Positions 30,130 to 42,189 of a stretch of DNA of 64,000 nt are shown one piece after another. The position numbers were made by a program, and so were the translations under genes. The DNA is taken from contig CAYRSF010000040.1 of assembly GCA_964427035.1 (NCBI GenBank), positions 2,493 through 66,492 of the forward strand, in the 5' to 3' direction. This DNA comes from an uncultured Alistipes sp. (GTDB taxonomy: Bacteria; Bacteroidota; Bacteroidia; Bacteroidales; Rikenellaceae). The notes under the pieces are model-generated. The model saw only the letters and a list, made by a program, of their open reading frames with translations. It was not told where the DNA came from and ran no database searches. Position 1 is the first letter of the stretch, and each line of letters starts with the position of its first letter.

Positions 30130-31422
30130 CTAAATTCCCACCCTGCGATAGATGAAATCGACGTTCTTCATGTAGTATTCGAGCGTGAAGCAGGCATCGA
30201 GTTCCGTGCGCGCGAGCAGCGACATGACCTTTTCGTCGGCAGCGAGCAACTCCTGATAGTCGGCGCGCTCGCTCATGGCACGCATCGCAATCGGCTGCAC
30301 CGTATCGTATGCCTCCTCGCGCGAAAGCCCCTTGCCGATAAGCGCATTCATCACCCTCTGGGCGAAAATCACCTTGCGGGTGCGATAGATGTTTTCGAGC
30401 ATCACCTCGGGGAATACCGTCAAGTTTTCGAGAATACCCTTGAAGCGTACCAGCATGTAATCGAGCAGCATCGTGGCATCCGGCAGGATTATGCGTTCGG
30501 TCGCCGAGTGCGAAATATCGCGTTCGTGCCACAGAGCGACATTCTCGAATGCCGCAGCCATGTATCCGCGCATCACACGGGCGCATCCGCAGATGTTCTC
30601 GCTGCTGACAGGATTGCGCTTGTGAGGCATCGCGCTCGACCCTTTCTGCCCGCGGCCGAAAGCCTCCTCGACCTCATGAACCTCGGTGCGTTGGAGATTG
30701 CGAATCTCCATCGCCATCTGTTCGAGCGACGAAGCGATGATTGCAAGCGTTGCTATATAGTAGGCATGACGGTCGCGCTGAATTACTTGCGTCGAAATAT
30801 TGGCACTGTCTATGCCTAACTTGGCGCAGACGTAATCCTGAATCGACGGCGGAATATTGGCGAAATTGCCGACCGCGCCGCTGATTTTACCGACCTCCAC
30901 TCCGCTGGCGGCACGGCGAAAACGGTCGAGGTTGCGTTTCATCTCCTCATACCACAAAGCCCATTTCAGACCGAAGCAGGTGATGTCGGCATGTATTCCG
31001 TGAGTGCGTCCGATGCACGGCGTCGAACGGAACTCCTCGGCACGACGGCTCAGAACCGTCATGAAATCGTCGATATCCTGCAACAGAATCTTGTTCGCCT
31101 GCGAAAGCAGATAGCCGTTGGCAGTATCCACCACGTCGGTCGAGGTCAGCCCGTAATGAACCCATTTGCGCTCCTCGCCGAGAGTTTCGCTCACGGCACG
31201 CGTGAATGCGACTATGTCGTGGCGGGTCTGCTCCTCTATCTCCCTGATGCGGTCGATAGAGAACGATGCTCGCTCCCACAACTTTTTCACATCCTCTTTC
31301 GGCACTACGCCGAGTTCGCTCCACGCCTCCGAAGCGAGGATTTCGACTTTCAGATATGCATCGAACTTGTTTTTCTCCGTCCATACCGCACGCATCGCGG
31401 GACGGCTGTATCGTTCTATCAT
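30130..31422 (-). CDS. purB: Adenylosuccinate lyase (Bacillus-type)
   Basis: MIERYSRP, GRTHG, GSSAMPHKRNP, HERDISHS. Confidence 0.97.
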   Translation of the reverse strand: MIERYSRPAMRAVWTEKNKFDAYLKVEILASEAWSELGVVPKEDVKKLWERASFSIDRIREIEEQTRHDIVAFTRAVSETLGEERKWVHYGLTSTDVVDTANGYLLSQANKILLQDIDDFMTVLSRRAEEFRSTPCIGRTHGIHADITCFGLKWALWYEEMKRNLDRFRRAASGVEVGKISGAVGNFANIPPSIQDYVCAKLGIDSANISTQVIQRDRHAYYIATLAIIASSLEQMAMEIRNLQRTEVHEVEEAFGRGQKGSSAMPHKRNPVSSENICGCARVMRGYMAAAFENVALWHERDISHSATERIILPDATMLLDYMLVRFKGILENLTVFPEVMLENIYRTRKVIFAQRVMNALIGKGLSREEAYDTVQPIAMRAMSERADYQELLAADEKVMSLLARTELDACFTLEYYMKNVDFIYRRVGI

Positions 31423-31430
31423 GTTTCCCC

Positions 31431-32282
31431 TTATTTATCGATTCTGTTCATGAAACATTCGACCGTATTCTCCATCAGCATGCAGATGGTCATTGGACCC
31501 ACGCCGCCCGGTACAGGCGTAATGCAGGACGCCTTGTCGCAGCATGCCGCGAAATCGACGTCGCCGCAAAGTATGCCGGTGGCAGGGTCGCGGTTCACTC
31601 CGACGTCGATTACCACTGCGCCCTCCTTCACCATGTCGGCTCCTATCATGCGCGGACGACCGACAGCCACGACGAGAATATCGGCTTCGCGGGTAACCTC
31701 GGCGAGATTCTTCGTTCGCGAATGGGCGACAGTTACCGTCGCATTGCCGTCGAGAAGCAGTTTGACCATCGGCTGCCCTACGATATTGCTGCGACCGACG
31801 ACGACCGCTCTTTTGCCTTCGGTCGCAATGCCGCAGTCGGCGAGCATCCGCATAATGCCTTTCGGCGTGCAAGGCTGCACGCACGGCATGCCGAGCCACA
31901 GTCGGGCGACATTGAGCGGGTGGAATCCGTCCACATCCTTCTCCAACGAAATGGCGGCTATGACCTTGTTCCCGTCGATATGCCGCGGCAGGGGCAACTG
32001 TACGAGGATTCCGTCCACCTCCGTATCGTCGTTCAGGCGCGCGACGGTGTCGAGCAGTTCGCTCTCCGACACGCTTTCCGGCATCGATATGAGCCGGCTG
32101 TCGATGCCGACTTCGCCGGCGGATTTGATTTTGCCCCTCACATACGACCGGCTCGCAGGATCTTCGCCTGCGAGTATCACCGTCAGTGCCGGCACTCTGC
32201 CGTACCGCTTGCGCAGTTCGGCGACTCGTTCGGCAATTCCGGCTTTGAGCCGCAAAGAGAGTTCTTTTCCGTCTATTATCAT
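31431..32282 (-). CDS. folD: Methylenetetrahydrofolate dehydrogenase/cyclohydrolase
   Basis: GILVQLPLP, KDVDG, PCTP, TPVPGGVGPMT. Confidence 0.97.
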   Translation of the reverse strand: MIIDGKELSLRLKAGIAERVAELRKRYGRVPALTVILAGEDPASRSYVRGKIKSAGEVGIDSRLISMPESVSESELLDTVARLNDDTEVDGILVQLPLPRHIDGNKVIAAISLEKDVDGFHPLNVARLWLGMPCVQPCTPKGIMRMLADCGIATEGKRAVVVGRSNIVGQPMVKLLLDGNATVTVAHSRTKNLAEVTREADILVVAVGRPRMIGADMVKEGAVVIDVGVNRDPATGILCGDVDFAACCDKASCITPVPGGVGPMTICMLMENTVECFMNRIDK

Positions 32283-33562
32283 AATTCCGATTGTTGTTTT
32301 TCAAACAAAAACGCCTTGTCGCCGATGTCGCTGCGGTGGAAAAGGTTCGCGCACTCGATTTTTGCGACCTCCCTGCGGGCACGCTCCTGCGCCTCGCGGA
32401 GATCTGTTCCTTTGCATACGACAATCATCACGCGACCTCCGGCAGTAACCGTTTCGCCGTCGCGGCGGGCGGTTCCCATGTGGTACACCGTTCCGTCCAC
32501 CCGCTCCGCACCTCGGATGACGAATCCCTTTTCGTAATCCGCCGGATAGCCCTTCGATGCGAGAACTATTCCGAGCGTCGCCGCATTCTCCCACTTCGGA
32601 ACGGAAGCGAGCGGTTTCCCGTCTGCAATATTACAAAAAATATCGCAAATATCGCTTTCGAGCAGCGGCAGAACCACCTCCGTCTCGGGGTCGCCGAAAC
32701 GGGCATTGAATTCGATGACCTTCACTCCGTCGCGGGTCAGCATCAGTCCGCCGTACAGCACGCCCGACAGCGGGCAGCCCTCGGCGACCATGGCGCGTGC
32801 CGTCGGAACCATTATCTTCTCGAAAGCGAACCGTTCGACCTCCTCCGTAATGAACGGCAGGCGGGTGTAAGCACCCATCCCGCCCGTATTCGGACCCTTG
32901 TCGCCGTCGAAAGCGCGCTTGTGGTCCTGCGCGAGAGGCATCGGATAGAGCCGTCCGCCGTCCGCGAAACACATGAACGAAAACTCGGGACCTTCGAGAT
33001 ACTCCTCGACCACTACCCGACCCTCGCCGAAGCGGTCGTCGAGCAGCATGTCGCGCAATGCGGCTTCGGCTTCATCCATGGTTTCGGCGACCACCACGCC
33101 TTTGCCCGCAGCCAGTCCGTCGTATTTCAGCACTGCCGGCAGCGGTCGCGAAGCGACGTATGCACGCGCCTCGTCGTACGACGAAAATGCCCGGTAGCCA
33201 GCCGTCGGAATATCGTATTTCGCCATCAACTTCTTGGCGAACTCCTTGCTCGTTTCAATGCGGGCAGCCGCACGGGTGTGTCCGAATATTCGCAATCCCG
33301 CCTCGCGGAAAGCATCCGCGATACCGACAGCCAATGATGCCTCGGGACCTACGACGGTAAGACCGATACCGTTTTCGACGGCGAACCGCTTCAACCCCTC
33401 GACATCGGTATCCTTTATCGCAACGGCTTCCGCCTGCTCCGCGATACCGGCATTCGCCGGAGCGCAATATATCTTATCGACTCGCGCCGACCGCGACAGG
33501 GCATCGACAATCGCGTGGCAGCGACCGCCCGAACCGACAACGAGGACTTTAAGTTTCTCCAT
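32279..33562 (-). CDS. purD: Phosphoribosylamine--glycine ligase
   Basis: DGLAAGKGV, QDHKR, GPNTGGMGAY, EFNARFGDPET. Confidence 0.97.
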   Translation of the reverse strand: MEKLKVLVVGSGGRCHAIVDALSRSARVDKIYCAPANAGIAEQAEAVAIKDTDVEGLKRFAVENGIGLTVVGPEASLAVGIADAFREAGLRIFGHTRAAARIETSKEFAKKLMAKYDIPTAGYRAFSSYDEARAYVASRPLPAVLKYDGLAAGKGVVVAETMDEAEAALRDMLLDDRFGEGRVVVEEYLEGPEFSFMCFADGGRLYPMPLAQDHKRAFDGDKGPNTGGMGAYTRLPFITEEVERFAFEKIMVPTARAMVAEGCPLSGVLYGGLMLTRDGVKVIEFNARFGDPETEVVLPLLESDICDIFCNIADGKPLASVPKWENAATLGIVLASKGYPADYEKGFVIRGAERVDGTVYHMGTARRDGETVTAGGRVMIVVCKGTDLREAQERARREVAKIECANLFHRSDIGDKAFLFEKQQSEL

Positions 33563-33569
33563 AAGACGA

Positions 33570-35099
33570 CTAATGTTTGAAGTGGCGCATTCCGGTGAAC
33601 AGCATCGTTATCCCCAATTCGTCCGCCTTGACTATCGCATCGTTGTCGCGGATGCTTCCGCCCGGCTGGACGATAGCCGCAACGCCGTACCGGGCAGCCA
33701 GAGCGACCGTATCGTCGAACGGCAGGAATCCGTCCGAAGCGAGCACGAGACCCTCGGTGAAACCATGTTCTTCGGCTTCGCGGAGTGCGATTTCGGCAGA
33801 GCCGACACGGTTCATCTGACCTGCGCCGACACCTACCGTATGCCCGTCGCGAACGACCGCGACAGCATTGGACTTGACATGTTTCACGATGCGCCAGCCG
33901 AAATTCATATCTGCAAGTTGCTCCGCCGTCGGGCGAACCTTCGTAACGCACATCGACTCCCCGACGCGGAGCGTTTCGGTGTCGAGTTGCTGCACGAGCA
34001 GACCGCCGTTCACGCTGACATACTGTTTCGGCGAGGCATCGGCATGCGTCATGTCCACTTTGAGCAGACGCAGATTCTTTTTGGATGCGAAGACCTCCAA
34101 AGCCTCCTTCGAGAACGACGGGGCGATGACGATTTCGAGGAATATCGGCTTCATCATCTCTGCGACCTCGCCCGTAAGTTCGCGGTTCACGGCGACGATG
34201 CCGCCATAGATGCTCACCGTGTCGGCTTCATAAGTGCGGGTCCATGCCTCCTTTATATCCTTGCCGACTGCCGCACCGCACGGATTCATGTGTTTCAGAC
34301 CGACGCAGAACGGTTCATCGAACTCGCGAACGATGTTCAACGCCGCATTGGCATCCTGAATATTGTTGTACGACAACTCCTTGCCGCCCAACTGCTCGGC
34401 GAATGCGAGCGAAAACGGCGACGGAACGGATTCGCGATAGAATTTCGCTCTCTGGTGCGGATTCTCGCCGTAACGCAGATTCTGCGCCAAATCGAATTCG
34501 AGGAACAGTTTCTCCGGCAGCCCCGCCTTGTCGCGCATGAACGCCGCGATGCACGAATCGTACTCGGCGGTATGGGTATACGCCTTGGCTGACAGCATCA
34601 GACGGGTTTCGGGCAGAGTATTGCCGTTTGCGCGAATCTCGGCGAGCACGCGACCATAATCCGACGGGTCGCAAACGACCGTAACATCGCGATAGTTCTT
34701 GGCTGCGCTGCGAAGCATCGACGGTCCGCCGATGTCGATATTCTCGATGGCGTCATCCATCGCAACGTCCTTGCGGGCTACCGTTTCGCGGAACGGATAG
34801 AGATTCACGCAAACCATGTCGATGAACTCAATTCCGTTTTCGCGCAGTGCCTGCAAATGGTTCTCGTCGTCGCGGCGAGCCAGCAATGCGCCGTGCACCT
34901 TCGGATGCAGAGTCTTCACCCTGCCGTCGCAAATCTCCGGAAATCCCGTAACTTCGCTAATGCCGACCGTCTTCACTCCGCTCTGTTCGAGCAGACGCTG
35001 CGTTCCGCCGGTAGCGATTATCTCCCAACCCAGCGACTGCAATCCCTCGACGAACCCGACGAGTCCGCTCTTGTCGCTGACACTTACCAATGCTCTCAT
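33570..35099 (-). CDS. purH: Bifunctional AICAR transformylase/IMP cyclohydrolase
   Basis: ALVSVSDK, GRVKTLHP, LRYGENPHQ, QPGGSIRD, RHFKH. Confidence 0.97.
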   Translation of the reverse strand: MRALVSVSDKSGLVGFVEGLQSLGWEIIATGGTQRLLEQSGVKTVGISEVTGFPEICDGRVKTLHPKVHGALLARRDDENHLQALRENGIEFIDMVCVNLYPFRETVARKDVAMDDAIENIDIGGPSMLRSAAKNYRDVTVVCDPSDYGRVLAEIRANGNTLPETRLMLSAKAYTHTAEYDSCIAAFMRDKAGLPEKLFLEFDLAQNLRYGENPHQRAKFYRESVPSPFSLAFAEQLGGKELSYNNIQDANAALNIVREFDEPFCVGLKHMNPCGAAVGKDIKEAWTRTYEADTVSIYGGIVAVNRELTGEVAEMMKPIFLEIVIAPSFSKEALEVFASKKNLRLLKVDMTHADASPKQYVSVNGGLLVQQLDTETLRVGESMCVTKVRPTAEQLADMNFGWRIVKHVKSNAVAVVRDGHTVGVGAGQMNRVGSAEIALREAEEHGFTEGLVLASDGFLPFDDTVALAARYGVAAIVQPGGSIRDNDAIVKADELGITMLFTGMRHFKH

Positions 35100-35115
35100 A
35101 TAGTTTCTTCTTTTA

Positions 35116-35156
35116 TTAAAGTCCTTAAAGTCCTTAAAGGCTTTAAGCCTTTAAGC
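35116..35156. repeat. 9-bp TTAA-core tandem repeat
   Basis: ttaaagtcc ttaaagtcc ttaaaggct ttaagcct ttaagc. Confidence 0.75.
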
Positions 35157-35165
35157 AATACCGTT

Positions 35166-36191
35166 TTATCCTATCATTACCCCTTCGCTGCCGGTTACGC
35201 GGCCTATCACCGACGCCTTTTCGCCGGCAGCAGCAAGAATATCGACCGCTTTCTGCGCCTCGCTCCCGTCGAGGGCTATCACCATGCCGATGCCCATGTT
35301 GAAGATGTTGAACATCTCGCGATGCGGAATGCCGCCCCACTGCTCCAACATTCGGAATATCGGCAGAATCTCCCACGAACCCTCTTCGATTTCGAGACCC
35401 TGTCCGCCGTGGAGCATTCGCGGTATGTTCTCGTCGAATCCGCCGCCCGTAATGTGGCTGATGCCGTGCACGTCGCAGTTGCGGACAACCTCCAATACCT
35501 GTTTCACATATATTTTGGTCGGTGCGAGCAGTGCTTCGCCCAACGTGCGACCGCCGAGTTCGTCGTAACGCCTGCCGAGTTCGAGCGAGTTGTCGGTCAG
35601 AATCTTGCGAACGAGGCTGAAACCGTTGGAGTGCACTCCGCTCGACGCAATGCCGACCAGCACGTCGCCTGCCGCAACTTTCGAACCGTCGATGAGTTTC
35701 GACCGCTCGACAACTCCGACCGTGAATCCCGCGATGTCGTATTCGCCGTCGGAGTACATGCCCGGCATCTCTGCCGTTTCGCCGCCTATCAGTGCGCATC
35801 CGGCCTGACGGCACCCTTCGGCGACACCGGACACTATCGCCTCGATTTTCGACGGCTCGTTGTGTCCGACAGCCACGTAATCGAGGAAGAACAGAGGTTC
35901 AGCCCCCTGCGCCAGTACGTCGTTCACGCACATCGCCACGGCATCGATACCTATCGTGTCGTGCCTGTCCATCGCGAACGCCAGTTTCAGTTTCGTGCCC
36001 ACGCCGTCGGTTCCGCTGACGAGCACAGGCTCTTTCACGCCGAGCGACGCAAGGTCGAACATTCCGCCGAACGCCCCGATATTGCCCATTACGCCGGCAC
36101 GGGCGGTAGACGCCACATGGGATTTGATGCGGCGAACCACTTCGTAACCCGCTTCGAGGTTCACGCCCGCCTTTTCATAACTTTCAGCCAT
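35166..36191 (-). CDS. purM: AIR synthetase
   Basis: [36 protein letters not shown]. Confidence 0.97.
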   Translation of the reverse strand: MAESYEKAGVNLEAGYEVVRRIKSHVASTARAGVMGNIGAFGGMFDLASLGVKEPVLVSGTDGVGTKLKLAFAMDRHDTIGIDAVAMCVNDVLAQGAEPLFFLDYVAVGHNEPSKIEAIVSGVAEGCRQAGCALIGGETAEMPGMYSDGEYDIAGFTVGVVERSKLIDGSKVAAGDVLVGIASSGVHSNGFSLVRKILTDNSLELGRRYDELGGRTLGEALLAPTKIYVKQVLEVVRNCDVHGISHITGGGFDENIPRMLHGGQGLEIEEGSWEILPIFRMLEQWGGIPHREMFNIFNMGIGMVIALDGSEAQKAVDILAAAGEKASVIGRVTGSEGVMIG

Positions 36192-36219
36192 ATATATATT
36201 CAATATTACGTATTAATAA

Positions 36220-37632
36220 TCAGAACTTTCCGTCCTTGTTCGCATCCTCTATCGCCTGATAAAGCCCCGTCGGATATTCGCCCGTAAAACATGCGAAGCA
36301 CAACTCCCTGCGATTGCGGGCAGCCTTCAACGTCGCCGAATGCGACAGGAATGCCAGAGAATCCGCACCGATAAGCCGGCACACCTCGTCCGCTTGGCGG
36401 TGAGCGCACATCAACTCGTCGTAGGTCGATATATCGACGCCGTAAAAGCACGGATGCGTGATAGCCGGACTGGCTATACGCACGTGAACCTCGGAAGCGC
36501 CGGCCTCGCGCAACAACTCGACGATACGGCGCGAAGTAGTGCCGCGGACTATCGAGTCGTCGATAAGCACCACCCGTTTGCCGCTCACGATGCTGCGTAC
36601 AGCCGACAACTTCATCTTCACGCCCTTTTCGCGCAGAGCCTGCGAAGGCTGGATGAAGGTTCGACCGACGTATTTGTTCTTGATAAGCCCCATTTCGTAA
36701 GGGATGCCGCTCTCCTCGCTGTAACCCATGGCGGCACTCAAACTCGAATCGGGAACGCCGATTACGATATCTGCCTCGGCCGGTGCTTCGCGATAGAGCA
36801 GACGACCCGACTCCTTGCGGTAAGCATGAACGTTGCAACCCTCGATGTCGCTGTCGGGGCGGGCGAAATAGATATACTCCATGGCGCACATCTTGTGCCG
36901 CTGGTACTGCGAGTAGCAGTTGCTGCGCACGCCTTTCGAGTCGATGGTTACGATTTCGCCCGGTTCGATGTCGCGGAGGAATGTCGCGCCGATAACGTCG
37001 AATGCGCAGGTTTCGCTGCTGACGACATAACCGTCGCCGAGACGACCGAGCGACAACGGACGCAAGCCGTATTTGTCGCGGCAGGCATAGATGCGGTTCT
37101 TGGTCATTATCAGGAATGCGAACGCGCCTTCGAGCATGTTGAGCGCATCGATTATGGCGGTTATGCGGGGTCGGTTGCCGTCTTTCTTGATAAGGTGGGC
37201 GAGCAGTTCGCTGTCCGACGTCGAGTGGAACAGACTGCCGCGGCTTTCGAGATAATCTGCCAACTGTCGTGAATTTACCAGATTTCCGTTGTGCGCCAAA
37301 GCGAAATCGCCCGACTTGTGGCGGAAAAAGAACGGCTGCACGTTGTCCAGACCGCCGCCTCCGGTAGTCGAATAGCGGACATGTCCGATACCCATGCTGC
37401 CACGTAGCGAAGCGAGTTTATCCTCGTCGAGAACCTCGCTCACAAGCCCCAATCCGCGCTGGCGGCACAGCGTGCCCTGATCGTTCACGCAAACGATGCC
37501 GCAACCCTCCTGTCCGCGGTGCTGCAACGAGTGCAGCCCGTAATAGATTATCGACGAAGCATCCTTCACGCCGTACACTCCGAAAACTCCGCACTCCTCG
37601 TGCAGTTCATCGAAAATATGTTCTTCCATCAT
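36220..37632 (-). CDS. purF: Amidophosphoribosyltransferase (propeptide and Fe-S type)
   Basis: Propeptide then EECGVFG, QHRGQE, DDSIVRGTTS, Cys motifs CFYG and CFACF; start taken at MMEEHIF. Confidence 0.96.
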   Translation of the reverse strand: MMEEHIFDELHEECGVFGVYGVKDASSIIYYGLHSLQHRGQEGCGIVCVNDQGTLCRQRGLGLVSEVLDEDKLASLRGSMGIGHVRYSTTGGGGLDNVQPFFFRHKSGDFALAHNGNLVNSRQLADYLESRGSLFHSTSDSELLAHLIKKDGNRPRITAIIDALNMLEGAFAFLIMTKNRIYACRDKYGLRPLSLGRLGDGYVVSSETCAFDVIGATFLRDIEPGEIVTIDSKGVRSNCYSQYQRHKMCAMEYIYFARPDSDIEGCNVHAYRKESGRLLYREAPAEADIVIGVPDSSLSAAMGYSEESGIPYEMGLIKNKYVGRTFIQPSQALREKGVKMKLSAVRSIVSGKRVVLIDDSIVRGTTSRRIVELLREAGASEVHVRIASPAITHPCFYGVDISTYDELMCAHRQADEVCRLIGADSLAFLSHSATLKAARNRRELCFACFTGEYPTGLYQAIEDANKDGKF

Positions 37633-37697
37633 CGATTCGAATGAATTTTTGCGACACGGCGGCGGTTCAGTGCCAGCCGTGCCTTGATTGCGGAGGG

Positions 37698-38420
37698 TTA
37701 CTCCTTGTCCTTCAACGCCGAAAGGCGGGCGTATATCTCCTCGTATGCCTCGATTACATGACCGAGATCGCGGCGGAAACGGTCTTTGTCGAGTTTTTCG
37801 TTGGTCTTGACGTCCCACAGGCGGCAGGTGTCGGGGCTGATTTCGTCAGCCAGAACGATTTTGCCGTCGGAAGTGCGGCCGAACTCGATTTTGAAATCGA
37901 TGAGGTTGATATCGATTTTTTTGAACAGGTCTATCAGTATCTCGTTCAACTTGCCCGTAACCTTGTAGATATAGTCGAGTTCCTCGTATGTTACCACTCC
38001 GAGAGCCACTGCATGGTGGTCGTTGATAAGCGGATCGCCGAGTTCATCCGCCTTGTAGCAGATGTCGAAAATGACGTTGTCCGGCTTGATGCCCTCTTCG
38101 AGACCGAGGCGTTTCGCCATCGAACCGGCTATATAGTTGCGTACGATGACTTCGAGCGGAATTATCGACACCTTGCGGCAAATCTGGTCGCGGTCGTTGA
38201 TTGTTTCGATATAGTGGGTTTCGATGCCCGCCCTGTGAAGATAGCCGAAAATGATGGTCGAAATCTTGTTGTTCAGTACTCCCTTGTTGGCGATAGTCGC
38301 CTTCTTGATGTTGTTGTATGCCGTAGCGGCATCCTTGTAGTGGATAATGATTTTTTCCGGGTCATCGGTTGCGTAAACCTGTTTTGCCTTGCCCTCGTAG
38401 AGCATCTCCAACTGTTTCAT
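37698..38420 (-). CDS. purC: SAICAR synthetase
   Basis: [32 protein letters not shown]. Confidence 0.97.
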   Translation of the reverse strand: MKQLEMLYEGKAKQVYATDDPEKIIIHYKDAATAYNNIKKATIANKGVLNNKISTIIFGYLHRAGIETHYIETINDRDQICRKVSIIPLEVIVRNYIAGSMAKRLGLEEGIKPDNVIFDICYKADELGDPLINDHHAVALGVVTYEELDYIYKVTGKLNEILIDLFKKIDINLIDFKIEFGRTSDGKIVLADEISPDTCRLWDVKTNEKLDKDRFRRDLGHVIEAYEEIYARLSALKDKE

Positions 38421-38443
38421 GGTTTTGTAAACTTTTATGGTTT

Positions 38444-41400
38444 TTATTTCAATCTATTTTTTCCCTTAAAGTAGCGTACCGCATTGTCGAATATCGACTG
38501 ACGCTTGTTGCCGTGGATATTTTTCATCAATCCTTCGTCGTAACGCTCGGTATGTCCCATCTTGCCTAAAATCAGTCCGTCGCGGCTTATGATGCCCTCG
38601 ATGCCGTAATACGAGCCGTTCGGATTGAACGGGGCATCCGTCGTCGGGCGACCCTGCGCATCGGCATACTGGAACGCCACCTGACCGCCCGCGAAGAGTT
38701 CCTCCGCCATCGATTCGCTGACGACGAACTTGCCCTCGCCGTGGCTGACGGCGACAGAGTGCAACTCGCCGACTTCGAATGACGACAACCACGGCGAAGC
38801 CGTCGAACCGACACGGGTCGTAACGATTTGCGAGATATGACGATGTATGTCATTATGGAACAGCGTTGGCGACTGTCTGCCGACCATGCCCAAACGTCCG
38901 TAAGGGAGCAGTCCCGATTTGACGAGTGCCTGAAAACCGTTGCAGATGCCGAGAATCAGTCCGCCGCGGTCGATAAGCGCGTGAACCGACTTCGCCACTT
39001 CGGCGTTGTTGAGCACGCTCGCGATGAATTTTCCGCTGCCGTCCGGTTCGTCGCCGAGCGAGAAGCCGCCGCTGAGCACCAGAATATGACAGTCGTCGAT
39101 TTCGCGGCACATGCGTTCGATAGACTGCGAAATCGCTTCGCCCGTCAAGTTGCGGAACACGCCGGTACGGGTCTTGGCACCGGCACGTTCGAATGCACGC
39201 GCCGTATCGTAATCGCAGTTCGTCCCGGGAAATACCGGCAGATAAACCCGCACTTCGCCGGTCGTCCCGCCGGAATACCCGGCCGCCTTGCGCGTGCAGT
39301 CGCCGCAGCGAACCGCTCCGCCGGATTTGCCGCGGGCAGGATATATCTTCTCGAAACGTTCGGTGTTCGCCTTATAGAGTTCGTCCAGACCGAACCGTTC
39401 GCCGTTCACGTTCAATGCCGGTTCCGATACCGTTTCCCCGAGCAGTACGGCAGCAGAATCGTCGATTGCACCGCTGCTCTCGACCACTATCGAGCCGTAG
39501 GACCAGTCGAACAGCGTATGTTCGCCGCACTCGACACAGGCTCCGATTTCGTTGCCGAACGACATCTTGGCGAGGGCTTCCGCCACACCGCCGAATCCGA
39601 CCGCCCATGCAGCCGAAATGCGTCCGTCGGCTATGGCATCGCTCACGAGTGCGAAATTGTGTTTCAACGCATCGCAGTCGGGAGTGAAGTCGGCATTAGA
39701 CCGATGTTCGATAAGGTATATCTTGTCGCCTGCCTGCTTGAACTCGGGGCTGATGACATTTCGCGCATCGACGGTCGTTATACCGAACGCCATGAGCATC
39801 GGCGGAACGTCGATGTCGCGGAAAGTGCCGCTCATCGAGTCCTTGCCGCCTATCGACGGCAGCCCCAACTCTTTCTGCATGCGCAGCGCACCGAGCAGCG
39901 CCGCCATAGGTTTGCCCCACGAACGGTCGTCGGTCATGCGCTCGAAATACTCCTGATACGAAAAACGCATCTTCTCATAACGCGCTCCGCAGGCGACCGC
40001 TTTCGCCGCAGCCTCGACCACGGCATACTCCGCACCGTGGTAAGGGCTCCACGACGCGACGAACGGATTGTAGCCGAATGCCATGACACTCGCCGTGGTC
40101 GTCCGTCCGTCGCGAACCGGCAGCGTCTGCACCGAAACCTGCGTTTCGGTACGCTGCGTCCGTCCGCCGAACGGCATCAGCACGGTAGAGGCGCCTATCG
40201 TCGAGTCGAACATCTCGATAAGTCCGCGCTGCGAAACCACGTTGCGGTCGGCGAGAACATTCATCATTCGCTCACGGAGCGTTGCGCCCTCTGTCTCGCG
40301 ACGGAACGGATTGCGGTTTTCGACCGCTCCGATACGCACCTCGGTATAATGTTTGGCTCCTGCGCTGTCGATGAATTCGCGCGAAAGGTCGGCGACCGTT
40401 TCGCCCCGATAGAACATGCGCATACGTGCCGTATCGGTTACGTCGGCGACGTATGTAGCCTCGACATTCTCCTCGTCGCACAACTCCATGAAGCGTTCCA
40501 TATCTCCGCGTTCGACGACGACCGCCATACGCTCCTGCGACTCGCTGATAGCGAGTTCGGTCGAATTAAGACCGCTGTATTTCACCGGCACGCGGTCGAG
40601 ATAGATGTCCAGACCGCCGGTCAGTTCGCCGATAGCGACACTGACGCCGCCGGCACCGAAATCGTTCGATTTCTTGATAAGCCGCGTAACGTCGGTGCGC
40701 CGGAACAGATGCGAGAGTTTGCGCTCCTCCGGAGCATTGCCCTTCTGCACCTCCGAACCGCACTCTTCGAGAGAGGTCAAAGTGTGCTCCTTCGACGAAC
40801 CCGTCGCACCGCCGATACCGTCACGGCCCGTGCGACCGCCGAGCAGCAGCACGACATCGCCCTTCACAGGCGATTCGCGGCGGACATTCTCCGCCTTGAC
40901 CGCGCCGACAACGGCACCGACCTCCAAACGTTTGGCGACGTATCCGTCGTGATAAATTTCGCGGACATGCGTCGTGGCGAGTCCGATTTGGTTGCCGTAA
41001 CTCGAATATCCGGCAGCCGCCTTGCGGCTTATCACACGCTGCGGCAGTTTGCCCGCAAGCGTCTGCGAAACATCGAGGTATATGTCGCCCGCGCCCGTAA
41101 CGCGCATCGCCTGATAGACGTATGCACGACCCGACAGCGGATCGCGGATAGCACCGCCGAGACAGGTCGAAGCCCCGCCGAACGGCTCTATTTCGGTCGG
41201 GTGGTTATGCGTTTCGTTCTTGAACTGCAACAGCCACTTCTCGGTGCGACCGTCCGCATCCACATCGACGAATATGCTGCACGCATTGTTCTCCTCGCTC
41301 TGTTCGAGGTCGTCGAGTTTGCCGCACTTGCGAAGATAACGTGCGCCGATAGTCGCGATTTCCATAAGGCACAGGCTTTTTCGCTCTCTGCCGAGGTCGC

Positions 41401-42163
41401 GGCGCATCTGTCCGAATTCAGCCAGTGCCGCTTCCAGTTCACCGCGCATAAACGATTCGTCGATACGTATCTTCGTTATCTCGGTCATGAAAGTCGTATG
41501 GCGGCAATGGTCGCTCCAATACGTATCGAGAATCCGCAGTTCGGTCTGTGTCGGGTTGCGCTTCTCGCCGCGGAAATAGTTCACCACTTCGCGCAGGTCG
41601 TCGGCGTTCATCGCCAGCCCGTTCGACTTGCAAAAGACCGCCATATCGGACTCCTTCATCTCGGTGAAGCCATCCAACACCGGCACGGGACGCATCTGCG
41701 CACGTTCGTTGTCGGCAAGGCGGCTCAAATCCTTCTCGCGGGATTCGACGGCATTTATGTAATAGTGTTTTATCGCTTCGATGTCGCTGTCGCCGACACC
41801 CCCGTCGAAAATCAGCAGTCGCGAACTGCGTATGCGCACATCCGCCGACGGGTCGAGCAGGCGCACGCAATCCACAGCCGAACTCGCGCGCTGGTCGAAC
41901 TGACCGGGCAGGTATTCGACCGCCAGATATTTCACGCCGTCGAGCGGGCATTCATCGCTCACACGGTCGGTTACCACCTCGCCGAACACCGAATAACGGC
42001 TGCGTTCGAGCAGTTCGGGCGTAAATCCGAACAGGTCGTAAACGTTGAGCAGACGCAGCGAACGTATGTTCAGTCCGAGGTTCTCGTTCAGTTCGCACCG
42101 CAGGCTCTCCGCCTCGACACCGAATTCGGCATATTTCTCTACAAAAATCCGATAGTTCTTCAT
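38444..42163 (-). CDS. purL: FGAM synthase, large fused clostridial/streptococcal type
   Basis: [42 protein letters not shown]; start taken at MKNYRIF. Confidence 0.96.
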   Translation of the reverse strand: MKNYRIFVEKYAEFGVEAESLRCELNENLGLNIRSLRLLNVYDLFGFTPELLERSRYSVFGEVVTDRVSDECPLDGVKYLAVEYLPGQFDQRASSAVDCVRLLDPSADVRIRSSRLLIFDGGVGDSDIEAIKHYYINAVESREKDLSRLADNERAQMRPVPVLDGFTEMKESDMAVFCKSNGLAMNADDLREVVNYFRGEKRNPTQTELRILDTYWSDHCRHTTFMTEITKIRIDESFMRGELEAALAEFGQMRRDLGRERKSLCLMEIATIGARYLRKCGKLDDLEQSEENNACSIFVDVDADGRTEKWLLQFKNETHNHPTEIEPFGGASTCLGGAIRDPLSGRAYVYQAMRVTGAGDIYLDVSQTLAGKLPQRVISRKAAAGYSSYGNQIGLATTHVREIYHDGYVAKRLEVGAVVGAVKAENVRRESPVKGDVVLLLGGRTGRDGIGGATGSSKEHTLTSLEECGSEVQKGNAPEERKLSHLFRRTDVTRLIKKSNDFGAGGVSVAIGELTGGLDIYLDRVPVKYSGLNSTELAISESQERMAVVVERGDMERFMELCDEENVEATYVADVTDTARMRMFYRGETVADLSREFIDSAGAKHYTEVRIGAVENRNPFRRETEGATLRERMMNVLADRNVVSQRGLIEMFDSTIGASTVLMPFGGRTQRTETQVSVQTLPVRDGRTTTASVMAFGYNPFVASWSPYHGAEYAVVEAAAKAVACGARYEKMRFSYQEYFERMTDDRSWGKPMAALLGALRMQKELGLPSIGGKDSMSGTFRDIDVPPMLMAFGITTVDARNVISPEFKQAGDKIYLIEHRSNADFTPDCDALKHNFALVSDAIADGRISAAWAVGFGGVAEALAKMSFGNEIGACVECGEHTLFDWSYGSIVVESSGAIDDSAAVLLGETVSEPALNVNGERFGLDELYKANTERFEKIYPARGKSGGAVRCGDCTRKAAGYSGGTTGEVRVYLPVFPGTNCDYDTARAFERAGAKTRTGVFRNLTGEAISQSIERMCREIDDCHILVLSGGFSLGDEPDGSGKFIASVLNNAEVAKSVHALIDRGGLILGICNGFQALVKSGLLPYGRLGMVGRQSPTLFHNDIHRHISQIVTTRVGSTASPWLSSFEVGELHSVAVSHGEGKFVVSESMAEELFAGGQVAFQYADAQGRPTTDAPFNPNGSYYGIEGIISRDGLILGKMGHTERYDEGLMKNIHGNKRQSIFDNAVRYFKGKNRLK

Positions 42164-42189
42164 ATATTTCAATTCGTTTCGGAAATCAT